From assembly GCA_963813715.1 (NCBI GenBank), contig CAWFAK010000005.1, positions 1,152,001 to 1,216,000 on the forward strand: DNA of 64,000 nt. The letters are read 5' to 3'. The position numbers and the translations under genes were made by a program. Shown piece by piece: positions 1 to 11,355 of the stretch (positions are counted from its first letter, which is position 1; every line of letters begins with the position of its first letter). A model generated the notes under the pieces. That model did no database searches, was not told the origin of the DNA, and saw nothing but the letters and a program-made list of their open reading frames with translations. The stretch comes from an uncultured Planctomycetaceae bacterium. Lineage in GTDB: Bacteria; Planctomycetota; Planctomycetia; Planctomycetales; Planctomycetaceae.

Positions 1-736
1 CCACTTTGAACTTCGAACGCTCGGCCGGGCGATCGGCTTCGTGGGCCGCCTTCTCGTAGGTCTTCCACAAGTCGGCCACAACGTTGCCGGCGATCAGACA
101 GTGGGCGAACGGGTTGAAGCCCATCCGGCCCGCGTATTTCATGCTGTACGAATCACGGCTCATGCCGGGAATCGAGATCGGCGGATGCGGCTGCTGCAGC
201 GGCTTGTGGATGTAGCCGATGCCCGTTTCCTCGTCGACGGTTTTGCTGAGCCGCACGGTCCAATACTTGCCCTCGATCTCGTAGGGCGGGTCGTTCGCCC
301 AGAGCTTGAGGATCATGTCGGCCGCCTCAAAGCTCATCGCGCCGCCGTCTTTGGGGTCGACGCCGAACAGTTCCTGGTCGGAGGTGACGCTGCCCGGGCC
401 GAAGCACAGGTTGAGGCGGCCCTTCGACAGGTGATCGAGAAATGCCAGCCGGCCGGCAACGTGGGCCGGATGATGCTGCTGCAGGCAGACCGGCGCCGGT
501 CCCATGCGGATGTTTTGTGTTTCGCCCAGAGCGCGGCCGATGAAGATTTCGGGCATCACGATCGGCTCGTATTTCATCGTGTGATGCTCGCCGATCCAGA
601 ACTCCTCGATGCCCAGCTCGTCGGCCCGGACGATGAGCTCGAGGTCTTCGTCGAAGCTCTGCGCGAGGGGCTTGGACGGATCGTGATACGGCATGATGAA
701 CACGCCGGACTGGATGTGATCGAAGCGCTCGGTCAT
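1..736 (-). CDS. LLM-class flavin-dependent oxidoreductase (luciferase-like monooxygenase), 3' end outside window
   Basis: Manual minus-strand translation from ATG 736: MTERFDHIQSGVFIMPYH...RADELGIEEFWIGEHH...LDHLSKGRLNLCFGPG. WIGEHH and LDxLSxGRL are LLM motifs. Absent from the ORF track; the + ORF 41-754 is its shadow. Confidence 0.85.
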   Translation of the reverse strand, partial: MTERFDHIQSGVFIMPYHDPSKPLAQSFDEDLELIVRADELGIEEFWIGEHHTMKYEPIVMPEIFIGRALGETQNIRMGPAPVCLQQHHPAHVAGRLAFLDHLSKGRLNLCFGPGSVTSDQELFGVDPKDGGAMSFEAADMILKLWANDPPYEIEGKYWTVRLSKTVDEETGIGYIHKPLQQPHPPISIPGMSRDSYSMKYAGRMGFNPFAHCLIAGNVVADLWKTYEKAAHEADRPAERSKFKV

Positions 737-1086
737 CCGGGTTCCTTCGCGTGAGGAGGCGAGAGGGGAGGCTTCCTACCGGTGGGCGACGAGGCGATCA
801 GTGCGGCAAATCGAAGGAGATTCACTGTACATTCGCCCGGAGGGGGTCACAAGCACTGGGTGCCACGGGTGCTCTTCGAGCGCGCGGCATGATGCCGTTC
901 AGTTCACCAACGGTCTTTAGCAGTCGTAAGAGCACGGCTGAGTCGAGGCACTCAGCCGTGGCACTCGAATGCGAAATGAAACCTGTAAGCCGCTACGGCG
1001 ACTTGTCAGATCTGAGCAAATCGGAGGCAACTATCGGACCTTGCAGGGGTTGGGGGTGTCAGATATGTTGTGCGCCGTTAACCCAT

Positions 1087-1161
1087 GGTGGGTATAGCTC
1101 AGTTGGTTAGAGCGTCGGTCTGTGGCACCGAAGGTCGCGGGTTCGAGTCCCGTTACCCACC
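1087..1161 (+). tRNA. tRNA-His(GTG), with G-1; CCA not encoded
   Basis: Acceptor stem GTGGGTA/TACCCAC with extra 5' G, D-arm AGCTCAGTTGGTTAGAGC, anticodon arm TCGGT-CTGTGGC-ACCGA, T-loop GGTTCGAGTCC. Confidence 0.95.
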
Positions 1162-1442
1162 CGTTTTGTTTTTATAGAGTGGACAGCCGCATCGGATCGC
1201 GGCTTCGCACGAGACGCTCGCCTGCCACGAACAATCGCCGCCCCCTGAATAACTGACGCCGGCCCGCTTTTGACGGCAGCACGGCGCTCGCCTGCCGCGA
1301 ACTGGCCCCCACCCAAAACGACGTTTCCGGCCCGATAACTTCCCCAGCAATTTGTCAGAATCCGTCCCTCGGCCGGCGGACGCCGGTCCATCCCGCGCTC
1401 TAGAATGACAGCGGGTCGATACGGAAGCGGGAACAGAGCCTG

Positions 1443-2414
1443 ATGGGCACGTTGATCGAATGGGCGGCGTTCAACGTCTTCCTGATCGTGCTCGTCGCGA
1501 TTGATCTGGGCGTCTTCAGCCGCAAAGCCCACGTCATCCACGTCCGCGAGGCCATGATCCGCTCGGCCATCTGGGTGGCGGCGGCACTGGCTTTTGCCGG
1601 CTTCATGTGGTGGCGCAAAGGGGCGGGCTCTGCCCTCAACTACCTCAACGGCTACCTCGTCGAGGAAGTGCTCAGCGTCGACAACCTGTTCGTGATGCTG
1701 ATCATTTTTTCGTACTTCCAAGTGCCGCGGCATCACCAGCATCGCGTTTTGCTCTGGGGCATCTTCGGCGCGCTCGTGATGCGGGGCGTGTTCATCGTTT
1801 GCGGCGTCGAAGCGATCGAGCGGTTTCACTGGCTGCTTTATCCGCTGGGAGCCTTGCTTGTCTACACCGCCCTCAAGCTGCTGGTGAGCGAGGAGCAGTA
1901 CGATCCCGAACGCAACTGGTTCCTCCGTTTTTCGCGGCGTTACCTGCCCATCACGAAGACGTACTGCAAGGACCATTTCTTCACCCGCGTCGACGGCCGT
2001 TGGATGATGACGCCGCTGTTCGTGGTGCTGTGGGTGATCAACACGACCGATCTGCTCTTCGCCATCGACTCCGTGCCGGCGGTCATTGGCGTGGTCAAAC
2101 CGCCCGACGCGTTCATCGTTTACTCGTCGAACGCGTTCGCCATCGTCGGCCTCCGCAGCCTGTACTTCGCCCTGGCGGGCATGATGGACGCGTTCCATTT
2201 CCTGCGGTACGGCCTGGCGGCCATCCTGGCGTTCGTCGGCGTCAAAATGATGATCGACAAATGGGTCGACGTGCCGAACTGGATCGTGCTGGCCACCGTC
2301 GGCGGCTGTCTGGGAATCTCGATCGGCGCCTCGCTGCTGTTCAAGAAGCCCGAGGCGCCCCCCGAAGGCGAATCCCTCGGCACCACGGGCGAGCGGGTTG
2401 AGACGGCCGGCTAG
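1443..2414 (+). CDS. TerC/Alx family integral membrane protein
   Basis: Motifs GYLVEEVLSVDNLFV, QHRVLLWGIFGALVMR, DLLFAIDSVPA, SNAFAIVGLRSLYF. Confidence 0.92.
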   Translation: MGTLIEWAAFNVFLIVLVAIDLGVFSRKAHVIHVREAMIRSAIWVAAALAFAGFMWWRKGAGSALNYLNGYLVEEVLSVDNLFVMLIIFSYFQVPRHHQHRVLLWGIFGALVMRGVFIVCGVEAIERFHWLLYPLGALLVYTALKLLVSEEQYDPERNWFLRFSRRYLPITKTYCKDHFFTRVDGRWMMTPLFVVLWVINTTDLLFAIDSVPAVIGVVKPPDAFIVYSSNAFAIVGLRSLYFALAGMMDAFHFLRYGLAAILAFVGVKMMIDKWVDVPNWIVLATVGGCLGISIGASLLFKKPEAPPEGESLGTTGERVETAG

Positions 2415-2555
2415 TCGGTGACCGGCTGGTGCGGACGCGAATTCGAGGCGTCCCGTCCGAATCAATCCCGTCCCAGTCCCGACGGTTCGAGTCCCGTCCC
2501 ACTCTTTAGTCCCTGCCCGGGGTCATTTCGGCTGGGGAGGAGCCGGGGGCGTGAG

Positions 2556-2790
2556 GGGCGATTTTGCCGGGGATTTCTCAGTGAAACAACGTGTCCCGTC
2601 CCGTCCCACCGCGGGGTGGGCCGACTCAAGCCGGCGTCCCGCGTCCAATTCCGACGGGAGGGTCTCGATTCCGATCTCCCTGTCGCCCGAGAACGGTCCG
2701 AGGCGATTTCGCCGGGATTTTCTCGGTGAAACAATGTGTCCCGTCCCAGGGTCCCACGTCCGGTGGGGCAGACTCAAGCGGGTGTCCCGA
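2556..2790. repeat. Two imperfect direct repeats about 146 bp apart, each containing GTGAAACAAYGTGTCCCGTCCC
   Basis: 2556-2640 and 2702-2790 align (GGCGATTT..GCCGGG..TTTCTC.GTGAAACAA.GTGTCCCGTCCC..GACTCAAGC.GG.GTCCCG); third partial copy near 2931-2951. Confidence 0.8.
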
Positions 2791-3168
2791 TTGCGAGTCG
2801 TTCCCAAGCCGAGGTGGTGGGGCATTTTCCCTTAGTGAAAAAGGATCCCCCACCAGCAGGGATCTCTTTTGCCCCACGGCGAAATTTAATCCCCACCGCC
2901 GCGCCCCGTCCGATCCCGACTATGCAACGAGCGAAACCCGTGTCCCGTCCCACCGTCCAGATGTTGTTCGGCACCGGCGCGCACCCCGAACGACTCCGCC
3001 ACAAGCGGCTTCAGTCAACCTACCGCGCCGAGCAGCGGGCAAAGAACCCCGAGTTTCTACGCGCCTGGAAACAACTCGGAAAATTTCCGACGGCGGCGAG
3101 TGAGAGTTCCCCAGGGACCTGCCCTCGAGGCTGGTCAGGCGGTGTCCACCGCAGTCCGTTCGCCACGG

Positions 3169-3609
3169 TCACCGGTTCAAGTACATCAGTGCGTCGTACG
3201 CCAGCAGTCCGAGGAATTTCAGAGCGATATTCCAGATGACCGCCTCAGTTAAGTTGAGCGGCTCAGACCTGAGGGACGAGAAGGCGTCGATGCAAAGCCA
3301 GATCAAGAAGAGTGCGAAGACAAAGGGGTACAGCCTCCTCAGCCAATTTTGGCGAGAGATGCTGCTGGGACGGCAGTCGGGGCATTCGATTCCGATCGGC
3401 CCGATCTCTGAGAGTCGCCAGAGCGGATCGTATGCGTGTTGGCGACGAAGCAGCGAGGCAACGAGCGCATACACCACCAAGCCGAACCAGGGCTCAACAC
3501 CACCCGCCATGTAGGGGAGCGACCCGACGACCCCAAGCGCGACAAAGCCCGCAAAAATCCAATTGACTGAGCGTTCGCGAGCCGATGGGATCGATTGCGC
3601 GTTTGTCAT
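3169..3609 (-). CDS. Hypothetical membrane protein (about 4 TM)
   Basis: ORF from MTNAQS with four hydrophobic segments and a CPDC pair. Confidence 0.5.
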   Translation of the reverse strand: MTNAQSIPSARERSVNWIFAGFVALGVVGSLPYMAGGVEPWFGLVVYALVASLLRRQHAYDPLWRLSEIGPIGIECPDCRPSSISRQNWLRRLYPFVFALFLIWLCIDAFSSLRSEPLNLTEAVIWNIALKFLGLLAYDALMYLNR

Positions 3610-3749
3610 TCGCACGTTCCTTCGATCGCGGCTGCCCTTTAAATACCCGACAAACTCGGCCCAGTGACGTCCAGAATTGGCGAGAGCCGCGACCGGAGGT
3701 TGTCTCACCCCGTTGGGACTCAAGACGGGCCGCATTGGTTCGGCGAGAT

Positions 3750-3805
3750 CCCAGGCCTGCGCTGCGCTCCGACCTGGGCTATAAATGTCTCGCCCCGTTG
3801 GGGCT
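3750..3805 (+). repeat. REP-like repeat family A (CCCAGGCCTGCGCTGCGCTCCGACCTGGGCTATA...CGCCCCGTTGGGGCT)
   Basis: Near-identical copies at 51893-51947 (reverse) and 56013-56069. Confidence 0.85.
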
Positions 3806-3876
3806 AAAGGCCCGGGTCAACACCGTCGGCGTGCCCGGGCTGCGCTATCGACTCTCGTCCCGCCCAGGTCTCTGCC

Positions 3877-6660
3877 CTACCAGCCCATCCAACCCAGGCA
3901 GCACGGGATCTCCGGGCTCGATGTGTAGATCCGGTCGGCCAGCGAGACCGGCTTGTGTTGCGAGCGGTCGTAGACCAGTTTGCCGTCGACGAGCACCGCG
4001 ACCACGTGCGTCGAGTACTCGAACGGATCGCCGTCGTAGAGCACCACGTCGCCGATCTTGCCCGGCTCGAGGCTGCCGTATTGCGAGTCGACTCCCAGGA
4101 TGCGGGCGGCATCCAGCGTGATCGACTTCAGGGCCGCGTCGCGTCCCAGGCCGTACACCATGGCCATGGCCGCTTCTTGCCGCACGACGCGCGTCTTGGG
4201 CACGTAGCCTTCGGCCCCGGCGCCGATCGCGATCGGAATGCCGGCGTCCGCCATGCTCGCCGCGTTGCCCAGATAGCTGTTGATCGTCTCGATCGACTCG
4301 GCATGCTGCATCGTCGGATGCACGATCAGCGGCACCTTGGCGGCCGCGATTTGGTCGGCGACGAGATAGGCCTCGGCACCCAGGGCCAGCTTGCCGTCGA
4401 GATGAAACTCGTTGATCAGCCGCAGCGCCGTCATCAGGTCGTCGGCCTTCTGAGCGGCAAACAGGGCCGAGACCTTGTGGTCGAGCACGGCCCGCAGCGA
4501 TTCCATCTTGAGGTTGGTATCGAGCGGCGGCTCGCCCGCCTTGGGCGACTCGCGCTTCCGCCGATAGTTGACCGCGTCGGTGAAGGCTTTGCGGACGATG
4601 GCGGCCGTGCCCATCCGCGTTCCCGGTTTTGCGCCGCGGTAGGCCCGCTTGGGCGCTTCGCCCAAGTTGAACAACAGCGACTCGGGGAATTTCACGGCCA
4701 TCGATTCGACGTTCGTGCCGTGCGTGCGGAAGACGCCTGTCACGCCGGCGATGACGTTTTCTCGCCCCGGGCAGACGTGCACCACGGTGACGCCTTGCTC
4801 GAGCAAGAAGCGCAGCAGCGGCTCAGCCGGATTGAACCCGTCGAGCACGCGCACCTCGGCCTGGTCCGGGATCCGACATCTCGTCGGCGTCCTGGTCGGC
4901 GGCAATGTTGTATTGTCCGGAAAGCGGCACGATGCTGTTGGCGTCGATCAGCCCGGGCGTGACCGACACGGCCGAGATCACCGGAAAGTCCGGCCGGAAT
5001 CTCCACGCCGGCCCGCGGTCCGACGGCGGCCACTTTGCCGTCTTTGATCACCACGACGGCGTCTTCGATCGGCTTCTTCGCGACCGTGATAGAGTCGGCC
5101 GGCCAGAATCACCGCGTTGTTTCCCGCCGCGCCCGGGCGCTGCGCCTTCTCCGGCACGGCCGGCGCTTTGACGGCGGGCAGCGCGTGCACCATCGGCTTG
5201 GGCGCGGGGAACTTGACGCGGTTGCCCAGCAAGAATCCGCCCACCTGGTAGCGGCGGTCCTTCTCGTCGGCCAACCGGAAGACGGGCTTGCCGTCGATGT
5301 ACGTTTCGAGCACGCGCGAATAGACGCTGAACGGTTCGCCGCTCAGGACCACGAAGTCGGCGTCTTTCCCTTTTTCGAGCGAGCCGATCTTGCTGTCGAG
5401 GTGCAGGGCCTGCGCGGGGGCGAGCGTCACCGATTGGAGGGCCAGCTCGGGCGACAGTCCGCCGCGCACCGGGATGGCGGCCGTCCGCAGCAGGAAGCGG
5501 CTTTCGGTCACCGGATCGTCGGTGTTGACGAGTACCTTGATGCCGGCCTTGGCCAGGTCGGCGCCGCAGTTCTCGGTCAGCTCGACGACCTCGGCCTTGC
5601 CGCCCGGGCTGTCGGGAATGGTCATCGAGACCGGCACGTTGTGTTTGGCGATCTCTTTGACGACTTTGTACGACTCGGTGCCGTGCTGGATCACCAGCTC
5701 GAAATTGAATTCGTCTTTCAGCCGCAGCACGGTGAGAATGTCGTCGGCCCGGTGCGTGTGGAAGTGGACCGTCCGCTTGTGCTGCAACACTTCGACCAGC
5801 GGCTCCATTGCGAGATCGACGTCCGGCGCGGAGGCCTTTTCGCCCGCGGCCAGCTTTTTGCGGTAGGCGTCCCACTTGGCCATATAGTTCTTGGCCGCCA
5901 GGAATTCGCCGCGCTGCAGGGCGGCGACTTTCATTCGCGTGCCGGGGGCCTTGGCCTTGCCGCCGTACGCCCGCTTGGGGTTTTCGCCGTTGGCCATCTT
6001 GAGTCCGCCGAGCACGTCCGGCGACTCGATCCACATCTGCTCGGGCGTGTACCCGCGGAGCTTGACGTAGATCGTCTGCCCGCCGATGACGTTGCCGCTG
6101 CCGGGCATGATGTTGGCGGCCGTCACGCCGCCGGCGTTGGCCATGCGGATCCCGGGATCGTAAGGGTTCACCGCGTCGAGCGCCCGGACGATGCCCTGAA
6201 CGGGTCCGGTCATCTCGTTGCCGTCGCTGTTGGCTTCGACGGCCGGTCGCGAATAGACCCCCAAGTGCGAGTGCGTATCGACGAGTCCCGGAATGATCAC
6301 CTTGCCGGCCACGTCGATGACTTGTGCGTGGGCGGGGACGGTCGTTTTGCCGACCGGGCCGACGTCGAGAATCTTGCCGTCGGAAACGACCAGGACGCCC
6401 GGGTCATAAATCGGCCCGGCCGCCGTCAGGATTCGGGCCCCCTTCAAGGCGAACACGGGAGCTGTCACTTCGGTCGCGCTTCCCGTGCTCGTCATCGGAG
6501 ATGTCGGGGTGGCCGGAGCCGCTTGCTTGCTGCGGTCCGCCTTTTTGCGCGCCTTCTTGCCCGCCGATTTGCTGCTGCTGGGCGGTCCGTCGTCGGCGGC
6601 GAAGGTGAAGGTGGTGGCCGCAAGGAGGGCGAGCAGCGACATCAACAACCGGCGGGACAT
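3877..6660 (-). CDS. Secreted amidohydrolase-family protein, probably two tandem amidohydrolase domains; frameshifts at about 4900-5090
   Basis: Signal peptide MSRRLL; PGLVDTHSHLG, KMANGENPK, FHTHRADD, NTDDP, GSLEKGKDAD in ORF 4978-6735; second domain with FNLGEAPK and GSLEPGKIGDVV in ORF 3877-4905; bridging VVIKDGKVAAVG in ORF 4740-5054. Confidence 0.8.
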
Positions 6661-6833
6661 ACCAGGCTCCAAACTGCGCGGGACAAAGAATCTGTGTAAT
6701 TCCCGAGTATGAGGCAGAAGACGCAGACTTTGCAACTCGATTCGCCCCCGTCCTTGAACTGGGTGCTTGAACCATTAGGATGAAACGCGCCTGTCGCCGC
6801 ATCGACCGATTCGCGCACCCGAGAGATGCCACC

Positions 6834-7886
6834 ATGCACATCCCCGCCCCTTCTGCCGGCCGTACACCCGTGTTCGCGCTCCTGCTTGCCGCCCTCGCCG
6901 CGCCGAGCGTCTTCGTCGCGCCGGCGCATGCCCAGGCGACGCGGAACTTCCCCGTGATCGGCACGATTCATCGGCTCGATCCGAAGCTCGATGAGCTGAT
7001 TCCCAAGGACGCCAAGATCGAGGTGCTTAGCAGCCGCTTCCAATGGGCGGAGGGACCCGTGTGGGACAAGGCGTCCGGCACCCTCTTCTTCTCCGACGTG
7101 ATCGCCAATCAGACCATGCATTGGAAGGAAGGCGAGGGGGTCAGCGTGTACCTGCGACCCTCGGGGTACACGGGGCCCATTCATCCGCGCTACAGCAAAG
7201 AGCCCGGCGCGAACGGCCTGATGATCGACCACGAAGGCCGGCTCATCTCGTGCGAGCACGGCGACCGCCGCCTCTCCATCCTCACCAAGGGGGGCGGCAA
7301 GCGGACGCTCGTCGACAACTACGAAGGCAAGCGATTCAACAGCCCCAACGACGGCTGCATCAAGTCCAACGGCGACATCTATTTCACCGATCCGCCGTAC
7401 GGTCTGCCGGAGCAAGAAGGCCCGCCGCGCGAGCTCGACTTTTGTGGCGTCTACCGGCTGGCGGCCGACGGCAAGCTGACGCTGCTGACCAAAGAGATGA
7501 CGCGTCCCAACGGCATCGCCTTCTCGCCCGACGAAAAGACCTTGTACGTCGCCCAGTCCGATCCGAAGGAGGCGATCTGGAAGTCGTTTCCCGTGCTCGC
7601 CGACGGCACGCTTGGCCCGGGCAAAGTCTTTTTCGACGTCACGTCGAGCGCCGGCAAAATGCCGGGGTTGCCGGACGGCATGAAGGTCGACAACCAGGGC
7701 CACCTGTTCGCCACGGGCCCCGGCGGCTGCTACGTCTTCACGCCCGAGGGGAAGGTGCTGGGCCGCATCGAAACGGGCGAAAAGACGGCTAACTGCGCCT
7801 GGGGCAACGACGGCACCGTCCTTTATCTGTGTGCCGACATGTACCTGTGCCGCGTGAAGACGACGACCAAGGGCGGCGGGTGGTAG
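6834..7886 (+). CDS. SMP-30/gluconolactonase/LRE family protein
   Basis: WAEGPVW, NSPND, YFTDPPYG, RPNGIAFSPD, PDGMKVD motifs; signal peptide. Confidence 0.93.
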   Translation: MHIPAPSAGRTPVFALLLAALAAPSVFVAPAHAQATRNFPVIGTIHRLDPKLDELIPKDAKIEVLSSRFQWAEGPVWDKASGTLFFSDVIANQTMHWKEGEGVSVYLRPSGYTGPIHPRYSKEPGANGLMIDHEGRLISCEHGDRRLSILTKGGGKRTLVDNYEGKRFNSPNDGCIKSNGDIYFTDPPYGLPEQEGPPRELDFCGVYRLAADGKLTLLTKEMTRPNGIAFSPDEKTLYVAQSDPKEAIWKSFPVLADGTLGPGKVFFDVTSSAGKMPGLPDGMKVDNQGHLFATGPGGCYVFTPEGKVLGRIETGEKTANCAWGNDGTVLYLCADMYLCRVKTTTKGGGW

Positions 7887-7920
7887 CGGGGAGCTGACGT
7901 TGCGCAGTCTGTCCGTCCGT

Positions 7921-8214
7921 GTGGTGCCCATCAATCGCCCAGAAGTCGCTCCGTTCGCGATGCCGGACCGCTTTCGGCACGACATCACTTATTTTGTGAC
8001 GTCGCCGGGCGAGAGCGGGGCGCCGGCTTCGCTCGGGGAGAATGAGTGGTGGGTGCGGCTGGCCGATGCGCGGGAGTTCTATGACGAGGGCATTCTGCGG
8101 ATTGTGTCGCCGCTCGACAGCCAGTCGACCGCCGAGCTGGAAATCACGGAAGAGCAGGAAGCGTGGCTGCGGTGGATGATCGATAACCAGATCGAGCACA
8201 TCAGGCTGGCATGA
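7921..8214 (+). CDS. Hypothetical protein
   Basis: Acidic ORF with good codon usage; its stop overlaps the next ATG (ATGA); start uncertain. Confidence 0.65.
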   Translation: MVPINRPEVAPFAMPDRFRHDITYFVTSPGESGAPASLGENEWWVRLADAREFYDEGILRIVSPLDSQSTAELEITEEQEAWLRWMIDNQIEHIRLA

Positions 8215-9029
8215 TCGATTGGGTGTTTTTGGACGTCGGCAACGTCCTCTTCAACGACGATCCGCAGAACTTCGAAGGCTATCGGCTGCTCTTCGACACG
8301 CTGCGGATCCGCCATCCCAGCTATTCGTTCGACGAAATGATGGCCGAACGGGAACAGCGGGCTCGCGTGGGCGAGAATTTCATCCTGCACACGATCGCCA
8401 AGCGGATGCTGCCGGAGGACGAGGCGAAATTGAGCCTCCGCAACATTCGCCAGCTGTTGATCGAAACTTACGACCGGCACAACGTGTGGGACGAGCAGCA
8501 TCGCGGCGTGCTCGAACAGCTCCGCGCCCGCTGGCGGCTGGGCATTATCGCCAACCAGCCGGCCGAATGCCGCAACAGCCTGGTCCGCCGTGGGCTGCTC
8601 GAATTCTTCGACGTCGTGGCGATCAGCGACGAACGGCATCTGCACAAGCCCGACCTCGCCCTCTTTGCCTGGGCTCTCGAGGAAGCGGGTTGCGATCCGG
8701 CGCACAGCGTGATGATCGGCGACCGCCGCGACAACGACATCGATCCGGCGAACCGCTCGTCGATGCGCACGATTCTGTACCGCTGGCCCGACTGCCGCAG
8801 CAAAGGGTGGAACCCGGACAGTCCGCTGGCCCAGGCGTTTCTCGATTCGTGCGACCGCGTGGCCCTGTTTTCGGCCGTTCCGCGTCGGAGCCGAGCCCGA
8901 CCGCACGATCGCCGCGCTGGCCGAAGCGCCCTCCGCGGTGGCCGCACTCGACGGTCGGGACTGACTGCGGCGGCTCTGATACAATCCCGTCGCTCGTGTG
9001 ACAGAATGCCGCCTGGAATATCTGAATGA
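8211..9029 (+). CDS. HAD-family hydrolase (C-terminus probably frameshifted)
   Basis: FLDVGNVL (motif I), IIANQ, HKPD, MIGDRRDNDI. Confidence 0.88.
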   Translation: MIDWVFLDVGNVLFNDDPQNFEGYRLLFDTLRIRHPSYSFDEMMAEREQRARVGENFILHTIAKRMLPEDEAKLSLRNIRQLLIETYDRHNVWDEQHRGVLEQLRARWRLGIIANQPAECRNSLVRRGLLEFFDVVAISDERHLHKPDLALFAWALEEAGCDPAHSVMIGDRRDNDIDPANRSSMRTILYRWPDCRSKGWNPDSPLAQAFLDSCDRVALFSAVPRRSRARPHDRRAGRSALRGGRTRRSGLTAAALIQSRRSCDRMPPGISE

Positions 9030-9183
9030 CGAAGCACGAATGACGAAAGAAGCCCTAAGCACGAAACCCGAAGTGAAAGCTATCTGCATTCGGGCTTAGG
9101 TTATTCGATCATTCTTTCGTCATTCGTGCTTCGTCATTCAGGCTTCCCAATTTCGGCTGGGCTCCGGGACGACTCACACCACC

Positions 9184-9958
9184 ATGTTTCCGTTCTTCGG
9201 ACTGCATCAATTGCTGAACTGGGAGACCTCGGGGCCGTTCGGGCTCTTTGTCACCGGTCTGACGGTCTGGATGCTGATCGAGTGCCTCCGCCGCGATCCC
9301 GAGCGGCAGATGTGGTGGTGGATCATCATGTTTCTGCCGGGGATCGGTCCGCTCGTTTATTTCTTTGTCCGCTGGCTGCCGACGCACAACGTGCCCGCGC
9401 CGCGGTGGGTCGCCGGACTGCGGCGCGGGACGGAAATCCGTCGACTCGAGTCGTCGGCCCGCCAGATCGGCAACGCCTACCACTTCGTGCACCTGGCCGA
9501 CGCCCTGCGGGAGACGGGCCAATTCGACCGGGCCGCCGACGCCTACGCGCGGGCCATCGAAAAGGAGCCGGCCAACCTGGCCGCGCTCTGGGGCGCGGTG
9601 CAGGTCGACATGCACTTCAAGGATTACGACACGGCGCGCGCAGCGGCTGGAGCAGGTGCTCAAGATCGATCCGCAATATAAATTCGGCGACGTCTCGCTG
9701 CTGTACGCCAAAGCGCTGCTGGAGCTGGACCGCGTCGAAGAGGCAACCGCCCATCTGCAGAAGCACATCCGCCGCTGGCGTCACCCCGAGGGGCTCTACC
9801 TCCTGGCGTGGCTCGACTCACAAGCGGGCCGCACCCAAGACGCCCGCGACAACCTGCAAGCCATGCTGATGGAAATCGAATCGAGCCCGCCCCCCATCGC
9901 CCGCAAGCAAGGCTCGTGGCGCCGCCGCGGGCTGGCGCTCCTGCGAAAGATCGGCTAG
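9184..9958 (+). CDS. Membrane-anchored TPR protein; frameshift near 9640
   Basis: Two N-terminal TMs (WWWIIMFLPGIGPLVYFF), then TPR helices continuing in ORF 9365-9958. Confidence 0.75.
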
Positions 9959-10023
9959 GGCGGAAGAGCTTGTTTGTCATAATAGTCAGGCCAGCCACGC
10001 CATTTGCGGTATGGAAATTCAGG

Positions 10024-11013
10024 ATGGCCGAAAGCTCATACCCTAAGCCGGTCGCCAACGTCGTTGCCACGCTGACGGAAATCTGCCGGCATCAGAAAGA
10101 AACGCAGCTGGTTGAACTACTTGAGATTCCCATTCGCGTTTCGATGAAACTGGGTATGACAATTGGAACGGCGGTACGACAACCTGGCGCTACGCCTCGA
10201 AGTACCGACCGCCATGTTTGCGTCGGTTCAACCCCGCCTTTCGGATGTCGAGAAAAGCCTTCTGCAGAAGCTCGATTTCTTAGACAGGCTGCACCCAAAT
10301 GACCCGATCGGTGAAGTTGCAATTTCTCCCATTAGTGCCTTGAGACAGCCCTTGGCCAGCGCATGGCACCGTCCGATGTCGACGTACATCGGCTGTGGAA
10401 GGATGGTCATCTCCGCCTCTTCTTGAGCCACATTTCTCGGTACAAGATTGAAGCGTCCGCCCTCAAAGATACACTCGCGAAACTAGGCATTGCCGGCTTC
10501 GTCGCACACCAAGACATTGAGCCCAGTCTCGAATGGCAAAATGAAATCGCGTTAGCCCTAAGATCGATGCATGCACTGGCTGCACTATTGACCCCAGATT
10601 TCCACCGCAGCAACTGGACCGATCAAGAAGTGGGATGGGCCCTCGGTCGAGACATTTCCGTGTTACCGGTGCGATTGGGCACCGACCCATACGGTTTTAC
10701 TGCGAAGATACAGGCAATCTCGGGGTCGCTCGACGACCCGGTGGCACTCTCAGAGCGCGTCATGCAAGCGTTGCTTCTCAATCGACAGACGCGCGGGCAC
10801 ATGCGGCGTGCGCTTGTCGGAAGATTTGAGCAATCGGATTCCTTTGCCGAAGCCAAGCGACTGAAGCAAATTGTCGTAGCAATTAATGATTTCAGTGAGG
10901 AAGAAAAGGATCGCCTTCGGAAGGCCTGCGTAGAGAACGATCAAGACGCGGAATCGGGGAGTGGCGGACGCCATCTACGAGGCATTTGGAAGGCCAAGAG
11001 AAATGCCTCATGA
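10024..11013 (+). CDS. TIR-domain protein with an N-terminal YDNWNGG-containing domain; several frameshifts
   Basis: LFLSH, GFVAHQDI, EWQNEI..AL and SNWTDQEVGWALG (catalytic Glu position) in ORF 10363-11013; N-terminus MAESSYPKP and YDNWNGGT in other frames. Confidence 0.8.
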
Positions 11014-11355
11014 CGACGTTCCCTTCTGATCTCGCTGGCGTTTGAACCGACTCTGCCAGAACACTGCGGAACTCTCGCCAGATGAAATGCCGTGGCACTG
11101 GCCAACCCCTCACGGCTTTTCGCTTCGTATCCAGTCCGCTCCGGCATCGACATCGCTGCACTGTACTTCACCGAGCCTGACCTCACCGCAAATCGATTTT
11201 TTTGTGGCTTTCTCTCGTCGCGATGTGGTCTTATTGCGATTAGGGCCACTTAGACCCAGCTCCCTTTCCCTCGATGGGCCCAAAAGTTAACTCGATCAGG
11301 TCTTCCTCAACCATCTCGGAAGCCCGTCAATGAGAACGATACTGGTGAGGAAAAC

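Noticed and set aside
41..754. 237-aa plus-strand ORF
   Set aside because: Antisense shadow of the minus-strand LLM oxidoreductase. The same applies to many long antisense ORFs (e.g. 1107-2465, 34014-35666, 60923-62770).
1087..1161. tRNA-His as an integration site
   Set aside because: No integrase nearby and I saw no duplicated 3' tRNA end in the window.
2460..3150. Possible CRISPR array or coding ORFs in the repeat region
   Set aside because: Only two to three degenerate units with similar intervening sequence and no cas genes; ORFs are low-complexity translations of repeats.
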